32,000 bases of DNA from Candidatus Saccharimonadota bacterium (GTDB lineage: Archaea > Nanohalarchaeota > Nanosalinia > Nanosalinales > Nanosalinaceae). The stretch is from positions 510,001-542,000 of the forward strand of contig NZ_CP107255.1 in NCBI RefSeq assembly GCF_029232205.1, read 5' to 3'. Shown piece after piece: positions 26,466 through 32,000 of the stretch. The notes under the pieces are model-generated. The model had not been told where the DNA came from and did no database searches. It saw only the letters and a list, made by a program, of their open reading frames with translations. How positions within the stretch are numbered: the stretch's first letter is position 1; each line of letters opens with the position of its first letter. A program made the translations under genes and the position numbers.

Positions 26466-27380
26466 ATGTTTGAAATGGCTGGAGTAATTGAAGACGGAAA
26501 ATCCGTCAATGCGGAAGAAATCACACCTGAAATAATCAGGGCTCTCTCCGATGAAACCAGAAGAAAAATAGTGGGGGAAATAGCAGAGGGAGAGGCCTAC
26601 CCATCAGAAGTAGCAAAAAAACTTGAGCTCAGCAAACAGAAGGCCTACTACCACTTCAACAAACTTCAGGACGCAGGAATAATAGAGAAAACAAGAAGTG
26701 AGGAAAAATCCGGAGGAACAGCCACATACTACTCTCTGAAGTCAAAGGCCTACTACCTACTGCTGACAGATCCAGAGGAAGGCCTACCCGTACAGCAAAC
26801 AAGCCAGGGCACCGCAGATTTTCTATCACCTCTCATCGTTGACGGCGATCTGAAAGGAGATATCGTGGTTGGTTCGCCAGATCAACACGGTCCTGACCAG
26901 GTAAGAGCACGTGATGGCCATCTCGCAGGAGAAATAGGTCTCGAACTCGGAAAATACTGCGACACCGATTCCCGTAATGTTTCACTGGATACAGAAATCT
27001 TCAGGAGAGAAAGCTTTGATGAAAACATGATTCTTGTAGGCGGAGTCCTGACAAATACAGTAACGAAAAAATTCAATGAACATTTCCCGGCACATTTCTC
27101 GGGAGAAGAATTTCCATACAGAGAGCTTTCAACACCCAACTCAACCTACAGCGAGGCCTCAATCGGAGTAGTAGCCAAGACACAGCATCCGGAAAACCCT
27201 GATAACGCAGTCTACCTTATAGCCGGCATCAGAAACCAGGGTACAGAGGCCGCAGTCAGAGCCTTCAAAAACCTGGAAGACATAACAGAAGATTACAGCG
27301 GGGGAGATTACTATAAAATTGTCAGAGGCCTTGACATGGACGGTGACGGAGAAGTAGACAGCTTCGAAGTCGTAGAATAA
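26466..27380 (+). CDS. Winged-helix (ArsR-like) HTH protein with large C-terminal domain
   Basis: The HTH segment is LSDETRRKIVGEIAEGEAYPSEVAKKLELSKQKAYYHFNKLQDAGIIEK. The C-terminal roughly 200 aa (..ILVGGVLTNTVTKKF..LIAGIRNQGTEAAVRAF) resembles S-layer-like domains fused to HTH in other archaea (from memory). Confidence 0.6.
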   Translation: MFEMAGVIEDGKSVNAEEITPEIIRALSDETRRKIVGEIAEGEAYPSEVAKKLELSKQKAYYHFNKLQDAGIIEKTRSEEKSGGTATYYSLKSKAYYLLLTDPEEGLPVQQTSQGTADFLSPLIVDGDLKGDIVVGSPDQHGPDQVRARDGHLAGEIGLELGKYCDTDSRNVSLDTEIFRRESFDENMILVGGVLTNTVTKKFNEHFPAHFSGEEFPYRELSTPNSTYSEASIGVVAKTQHPENPDNAVYLIAGIRNQGTEAAVRAFKNLEDITEDYSGGDYYKIVRGLDMDGDGEVDSFEVVE

Positions 27381-27402
27381 AGGCCAATACAAACAAGTCT
27401 CC

Positions 27403-28626
27403 ATGAACAACTGGGAAGTATTTCAAACCGACGTACTCGATCTTCTAAGACAGTACCAGGGATTTTTCGACTTCTTCGAGAGAATCGGCAGTCTCAGAGA
27501 TAACTCGAGGCCTGACGCATTCGCAAGAATCTCCCGCGACGATAAAAAAGAGGTCTGGGTGATCGACGCCAAAAACAAGGCCGAAATCGACAGTGAAGAC
27601 CTTAACAGAATGGATAAATACGTTGAAATGGCGAAAAATGATCCCATAGATATAGGCCTTGAGCTTTCAGAACTTTCAGAATACAAATTCCGTGGAATCT
27701 TTGTAACAAACCGTGGAGAAATACAATTGGATAACTACGAGCAACTGAAGTTTTCTCAGCTACATCAGTTCCTGCAGAAAGAGTTAATTTACACAGATAC
27801 TGAGAAAGTGATCAGAGATATTGCCAAAATGGCGGAAAGAGAACAACTATCTCACAGCGAGGCCCGACTGCTATTCCGATCCATGAAACCTTTCGAGAAA
27901 AATATTGAGAGAGCAATGGAAGAGCTTGAAAGAATAGAGAGAAAATACGTAGGCCTCAAACTGAAGAAACCACCTCTCGACAGCTTTGACTTCCAGGTGC
28001 CGGTCGACGCAGTACTGGTACATGAAGACCGTGGAAAGGCCTTTCTCTTTGATATACCGTACACCTCTCGAGGTCTTGAGAATGTAGAGGAAAAAGTTGA
28101 GGAAGTCAAGAGCAGAATGGAGTCAGGCCTTGACAAAGAACTTTACTATGCTACGATCGACACCTCTGGCTCGGAGGAAGGCCGTTTCATCTACAGCCTG
28201 GAAGAACTTGAGTCCGAGATACAGGAGACAGCGGCTATAGTCTCGCCGGAGGATGTAGTCGATATTTTCACGCCGAAAATCCCGGTAGAAAAAGAATACA
28301 CTGATTCAGGAATCGTTGTCAGAGGGAAGAAAGGCCTTGACTTTGTGCTGCGTGTAGAAACCAGTAATGACAGAGATTACAGTGTTTCAGCCCGGCTTCC
28401 GGAGACATCGGCCTCTAGAATCAAGGATAACTCTATCAACGCCCGGAAAGAGCTTGGAGAACTTGAAGGCAGAAATTTCAGCCATGAATTCAGCGTTGAA
28501 GAGGATTTATCTATCTCCTACGATGAGAGAACTGAAAGCTGGCAAAGCTACAGAGACACGGTAAGAAGCATTTACGGCTCCGCACTGAACCCTGTGCTCA
28601 GCAAGCAGGTTCAGAGAATGGTGTAG
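27403..28626 (+). CDS. Protein with N-terminal PD-(D/E)xK (Mrr-cat-like) nuclease-fold signature and unknown C-terminal region
   Basis: WEVFQTDVLDLLRQYQGF..RPDAFARI..EVWVIDAKNK..GIFVTNRG follows the helix-D..(D/E)xK-..-beta pattern of restriction-endonuclease-like domains. The remaining roughly 270 aa are unrecognised. Confidence 0.45.
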   Translation: MNNWEVFQTDVLDLLRQYQGFFDFFERIGSLRDNSRPDAFARISRDDKKEVWVIDAKNKAEIDSEDLNRMDKYVEMAKNDPIDIGLELSELSEYKFRGIFVTNRGEIQLDNYEQLKFSQLHQFLQKELIYTDTEKVIRDIAKMAEREQLSHSEARLLFRSMKPFEKNIERAMEELERIERKYVGLKLKKPPLDSFDFQVPVDAVLVHEDRGKAFLFDIPYTSRGLENVEEKVEEVKSRMESGLDKELYYATIDTSGSEEGRFIYSLEELESEIQETAAIVSPEDVVDIFTPKIPVEKEYTDSGIVVRGKKGLDFVLRVETSNDRDYSVSARLPETSASRIKDNSINARKELGELEGRNFSHEFSVEEDLSISYDERTESWQSYRDTVRSIYGSALNPVLSKQVQRMV

Positions 28627-28670
28627 AAAGATTTTTCACAGATAAAAACTATTACGGTACCTAGAACGGT

Positions 28671-29096
28671 ATGGAAGACGAAAAATTTCTTGAAAAGAAA
28701 AGGCTGGAAGCCGAAGTCGCCAAACTTGAAAGAGACGTCGATGCAGCAATAGTAGAAGGCCTCTCCGACAAGATCGCGCTCAGGAAACTTGGATTCCGGT
28801 CAAAGATTTTTCTGTCAGCAGAAAGAACAGTGGAAGACCTGGTAGAAGACGTCGCCAGAGGCGCAGAAAGAGTAGTGGTGCTAACAGATTTCGATGAACA
28901 CGGCAAAGAACAGCACAAGAAAATATCCCGGGCCCTCAATGAAGAAATAGATGTTATGCACTCTGCCCGGAAAGACTTTGGCACACAGCTAACCTCAACA
29001 GGCAGAAGAACAGTCGAGGCCGTCCTACCGCTCTTTGAGGACAAGGAAAGAAAATTTGTTGAGGCCCAGCTTTCAGGCCTGTACATGGATCTCTAG
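28671..29096 (+). CDS. Small Toprim-domain protein (archaeal RNase M5/UPF0292-like)
   Basis: AAIVEGLSDKIALRKLG (conserved Glu) and VVVLTDFDEHGKE (DxD). 141 aa. Confidence 0.65.
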   Translation: MEDEKFLEKKRLEAEVAKLERDVDAAIVEGLSDKIALRKLGFRSKIFLSAERTVEDLVEDVARGAERVVVLTDFDEHGKEQHKKISRALNEEIDVMHSARKDFGTQLTSTGRRTVEAVLPLFEDKERKFVEAQLSGLYMDL

Positions 29097-29145
29097 ATTT
29101 TCTCTGTCAAATGTAGTTAAAAAATTATAGAGCGCGATATTTTCC

Positions 29146-29481
29146 ATGAGTGTAAGCGAGACAGGATACGATCCTTTAGAAGTAGAAAAAGTAATAGACG
29201 ATGCCTACAGATTCGCTGAAGATAACGCGGAATATCAGGAACCTCTGGAAGAAGCAATTGAAATGGTAGAGTCAATGCCGTACTCAGTAAACGAAGACGG
29301 CACGTACACCGAAGACCATATGGTTGAAACAATTGAAGGCCTCAACGAACTTGATAACCTACAGAGACAGATGACGCGTGACGGAAATGTTGAACTAGCA
29401 GACGAAGTAAGAGGCCTGGAAGACTACCTGGAGAACCATGTGCTCAGACCTGTCAGAGAAAACGGCAAACTCCAAAACTAG
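29146..29481 (+). CDS. Hypothetical small acidic protein
   Basis: 111-aa ORF on the same strand, directly after the Toprim gene. Confidence 0.4.
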   Translation: MSVSETGYDPLEVEKVIDDAYRFAEDNAEYQEPLEEAIEMVESMPYSVNEDGTYTEDHMVETIEGLNELDNLQRQMTRDGNVELADEVRGLEDYLENHVLRPVRENGKLQN

Positions 29482-30461
29482 AAATCCGTCAAAGAGGCCT
29501 GATTCTGCTTCAAGGCACGAGCATTAATCCCTTTCTCCCTCTTCAAATAAGATGCAAAGGCCTCATCAAAACCGTGATGCGTATAAACCTCTTCAGGCCC
29601 AACTTTCTCCACCAGCTGCACCAACTCATCAAAATCACAGTGATCGGAGAACGGAAAAGTCCTATCATAGCCTCCACGATGCCTGAAAGCCTCCTGAGCA
29701 GCCCAGCCAGAGAATCCAGCCTTTAAACCATCAACCTTATCCACAAACTTGTTCAGGCCATCGTTACGGGAGAAACGAGAAGGCCCGATAAAAATAGCGT
29801 TATCCTCTAGCATATCTTTGTTCTCTCCGTAAGGCTTCGCCCGGAAATCAAGGCCTGTAACCTCTTCAACTACATCATTCATCTTCTTTACAGCACCGTG
29901 TGCAACAATAGGTCTTTCAGTAGCTTCCTCTACAATATGCTGGATTTTCTGGGCCTTACCTAGCGAGTAACCAAATAGAAACAGCGGATTATTGTTATCC
30001 TGCACCCAGTCACGTATCTCGGCCTCAATCTCCTTCTGATCAGGAAACCTGTAAGCTGGAATACCGTAAGTAGATTCAACAACAAGTACATCTGCTGAGA
30101 CAGGTTGAAAACCGTTAAGATAAGCTCTATCCCTCAAGGAAACGTCGCCAGTGTAAAGATACTTCCTCTCGTCCCCGAACCTTACAGCAGTGGAGCCAAG
30201 AATATGGCCTGAAGGAATCAACTCGTAGGAAGAACTCTCAAAACTTTCAAACTCCTTGTCTGTACGGGCCTCCGCCAGCTTTCTCGTCAACTCCGATGCC
30301 ACGACAGGGTTATCTCCCTGATGAACGTGATCCATGTGAGCATGAGAAACAATATTTACATCTCCAGAGGCCTTACGAGAATCAGCTACAACTTTTTCTT
30401 CAAGATCAAAATGGATGCCGTCCTTCTCCCTGATCATCAATGTAACCAGTATAGAAGTCAA
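29478..30461 (-). CDS. MBL-fold / beta-CASP-like nuclease (small RNA/DNA-processing exonuclease type)
   Basis: VSHAHMDHV (HxHxDH), later ESTYG and C-terminal FSDHCDF..YTHHG, typical of short beta-CASP proteins. Confidence 0.6.
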   Translation of the reverse strand: MTSILVTLMIREKDGIHFDLEEKVVADSRKASGDVNIVSHAHMDHVHQGDNPVVASELTRKLAEARTDKEFESFESSSYELIPSGHILGSTAVRFGDERKYLYTGDVSLRDRAYLNGFQPVSADVLVVESTYGIPAYRFPDQKEIEAEIRDWVQDNNNPLFLFGYSLGKAQKIQHIVEEATERPIVAHGAVKKMNDVVEEVTGLDFRAKPYGENKDMLEDNAIFIGPSRFSRNDGLNKFVDKVDGLKAGFSGWAAQEAFRHRGGYDRTFPFSDHCDFDELVQLVEKVGPEEVYTHHGFDEAFASYLKREKGINARALKQNQASLTDF

Positions 30462-30548
30462 AATGTTTAAGCATGAAACAGAGACTTGGCCAAGGCCCCA
30501 CTACCAGTTTTAAAGATTCAGCATCTAAACCTTTCCTACAGATTACAA

Positions 30549-30786
30549 GGGGTCGTAGCTCAATTGGCAGAGCGTCCGCCTCCAGCGACTGCTGTAGCAG
30601 GTCGACAGTACTTGATGGTTCAATGAACCATCTCCAGCTTGTTACGGTTTCTGGAGGAATGAGGCCTTTACCAAGGCTGATGATTAAATCTTAAGGTGCA
30701 TTCTCTTCGGAATGCTCCGTGGTGATGGAACTTCCAGAAGTTCCGGAGATAGCGGAAGGTTGCAAGTTCAAGTCCTGCCGGCCCCA
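30549..30786 (+). tRNA. tRNA-Trp (anticodon CCA) with 165-nt intron at 37/38 (30586..30750)
   Basis: Acceptor GGGGTCG/CGGCCCC and D stem GCTC/GAGC. Anticodon stem TCCGC/GCGGA with loop CT-CCA-G then the intron then A. T arm GCAAG-TTCAAGT-CCTGC has one A.C mismatch. A 4-bp BHB central helix pairs C32-C35 with GGAG 30745..30748, flanked by 3-nt bulges. Confidence 0.75.
30586..30750 (+). ncRNA. tRNA-Trp intron with candidate box C/D-type guide element
   Basis: UGAUGA at 30678..30683 and UGAUGG at 30613 and 30723. CUGGAGG (30651..30657) is complementary to anticodon-loop nt 31-37. It is followed by A-AUGA, so the 5th nt upstream of the D'-like box pairs with C34. Confidence 0.4.
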
Positions 30787-30851
30787 ACACTCTACTTCTA
30801 CAGTTTTTTTCTACAGGCCTGAAATACGAGGATACAGCGGTCTTCTGTTAA

Positions 30852-30860
30852 TTTTTAAAA
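30852..30860 (+). promoter_or_regulatory. TATA-box-like element (TTTTTAAAA) about 28 nt upstream of the ATG at 30884
   Basis: AT-rich box at the spacing expected for a leaderless archaeal transcript starting at or near the ATG. Confidence 0.3.
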
Positions 30861-30883
30861 GGATGTTAAGTCAATTCTTAGGT

Positions 30884-31543
30884 ATGACAGATAACGACGA
30901 TCTTCTTGATGGCACAGTCGATGAAGTGAAGGACAAGATCGATGAAGCCACAGATCTCGATTACAGTTCTCTCCTCAGTTCAGAGGAGGAAGGTAAGGAC
31001 CGAAAAACCGTTAAAGAATACATTGAAAGTAAAATGAGCAATGACGAAGAAGACGATTCCGAAGAAGCTGAAGATGTCTCAGAGGAAGAAGTTCTCGAAG
31101 AGATAGAGAAAGAGACAGCAGGAGGAATCCTGGGAGGATACTCCAAGAACTCTATCTTTGCAGGAGGACTAATCCTAGGCCTTCTTGTAGGACTAGTAGC
31201 AATGGGCGTTTCAGGTATGGCAGGAGGACAGGATAAAGTCTCTCCTCAGACAGCACAGGATCGCGTCACACAGATTGTTGGAGAGCAAGTACAGCTCTCA
31301 AGCTTTGAGACAGAGCACGGCCTATACACATTCAACATCACAAGTTCAGGCCAGCAGGGTAATGAGACAGTTACCAGGACTCAGAGCTTCTACATGACTC
31401 TTGACGGCGATAAGATTATTCCAAAACAATCACCTCTTACAGGAAGCTCAATGGTTATCGACGTTGAGGATGCAATAAGTGCTGCTGAACAGCAGAGGAA
31501 TCAACCGACAACCAACCAGACAACAGGAAACACAACCCAGTAA
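30884..31543 (+). CDS. Single-pass membrane protein with acidic N-terminal and extracellular C-terminal domain
   Basis: ORF 30719..31543 trimmed to the ATG at 30884 because the longer form overlaps the tRNA-Trp 3' exon. TM helix IFAGGLILGLLVGLVAMGVSG. Confidence 0.5.
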   Translation: MTDNDDLLDGTVDEVKDKIDEATDLDYSSLLSSEEEGKDRKTVKEYIESKMSNDEEDDSEEAEDVSEEEVLEEIEKETAGGILGGYSKNSIFAGGLILGLLVGLVAMGVSGMAGGQDKVSPQTAQDRVTQIVGEQVQLSSFETEHGLYTFNITSSGQQGNETVTRTQSFYMTLDGDKIIPKQSPLTGSSMVIDVEDAISAAEQQRNQPTTNQTTGNTTQ

Positions 31544-31666
31544 ACCTGGGAAGTGACTTTTCCTCTTTTCCACCATATTTTCCCTCTCTTTCTTTACCCA
31601 GATTTTTAGGCCAACCAAAAAGTGCTTATAGATGAACTACAAGTAATGGTTAAAGGTGATTTTTCT

Positions 31667-32000
31667 ATGAGCAAGAAAAAAGGACTAATGAAACTACCGT
31701 ATGAATACGACGACCTAACCCCACATATCTCCAAACAGGTACTGGAATGGCACCACGACGTGCACCACCAGGGCTATGTCAACGGATGGAACAGTGCAGA
31801 AGAAAGACTTGAAGAACAGAGAGATCAAGATGATTACAGTTCAACAGGTTCAATCCTGAAAGACTTCACCCACAACCACTCAGGAACAGTACTACACAAC
31901 CTATTCTGGAAAAACATGAGCCCGAACGGCGGAGGAAGGCCTGAAGGAGCACTCATGGACAAAATAGAGGAAGACTTCGGAAGCTACGAAAACTGGAAGA
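31667..32000 (+). CDS. sod: Fe/Mn superoxide dismutase, N-terminal part (3' end outside window)
   Basis: Hand translation gives MSKKKGLMKLPYEYDDLTPHISKQVLEWHHDVHHQGYVNGWN..HNHSGTVLHNLFWKNMSP. The ORF has no stop within the window, so it is absent from the track. Confidence 0.85.
   Translation, partial: MSKKKGLMKLPYEYDDLTPHISKQVLEWHHDVHHQGYVNGWNSAEERLEEQRDQDDYSSTGSILKDFTHNHSGTVLHNLFWKNMSPNGGGRPEGALMDKIEEDFGSYENWK

Noticed and set aside
30473-30694. 73-aa plus-strand ORF
   Set aside because: It overlaps the tRNA-Trp 5' exon and intron, and its composition is not coding-like.
30719-30883. N-terminal extension of the 30719..31543 ORF
   Set aside because: It overlaps the tRNA-Trp intron and 3' exon. 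A TATA-like box at 30852 fits the ATG at 30884.
1-32000. CRISPR arrays, rRNA genes, transposases or integrases
   Set aside because: No regularly spaced repeats, no rRNA-like conserved strings, and no ORF with recombinase or transposase motifs were seen on either strand.

Overview
Gene-dense archaeal chromosomal segment with about 45 protein genes and 4 tRNA genes, two of them with introns. I found no rRNA, CRISPR array, integrase or transposase. The predicted proteome is strongly acidic and the informational genes look compact, which suggests a halophilic, possibly DPANN/Nanohaloarchaeota-like organism (inference only). Core content includes the 3' end of hisS, an Obg/YchF-type GTPase, ThiI, SepF, GlmS, three MBL-fold hydrolases and the start of an Fe/Mn SOD. 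The minus strand carries the archaeal exosome superoperon: psmA, SBDS, a YbaK-like gene, rrp4, rrp41, rrp42, rpl37ae, rpoP, pcc1, pfdB. rpoP is a 46-codon ORF absent from the supplied track. Accessory-looking content is a lone DUF262/DUF1524 (GmrSD-type) nuclease gene next to tRNA-Ile, and a tRNA-bounded block holding a processive GT2 synthase, an unknown coupled ORF and a CARDB-like surface protein. The most unusual signals are listed here. (1) The palindrome AGGCCT occurs about 80 times by manual count, against about 6 expected, in all codon phases and in intergenic DNA. It is absent from the 2.9-kb GmrSD islet. (2) A tRNA-Ile appears to have anticodon UAU and a 56-nt intron that begins with a tandem near-copy of the anticodon loop. 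(3) A tRNA-Trp has a 165-nt structured intron with a candidate C/D-type guide aimed at C34. (4) The 3' end of tRNA-Glu is duplicated. (5) The eL43 homolog has no cysteines. (6) A native four-gene cluster encodes a wHTH protein, a PD-(D/E)xK-like protein, a Toprim protein and a small acidic protein. (7) A GC-rich structured intergenic element lies at 21086-21205. All calls rest on reading the sequence by eye. No database search was run.
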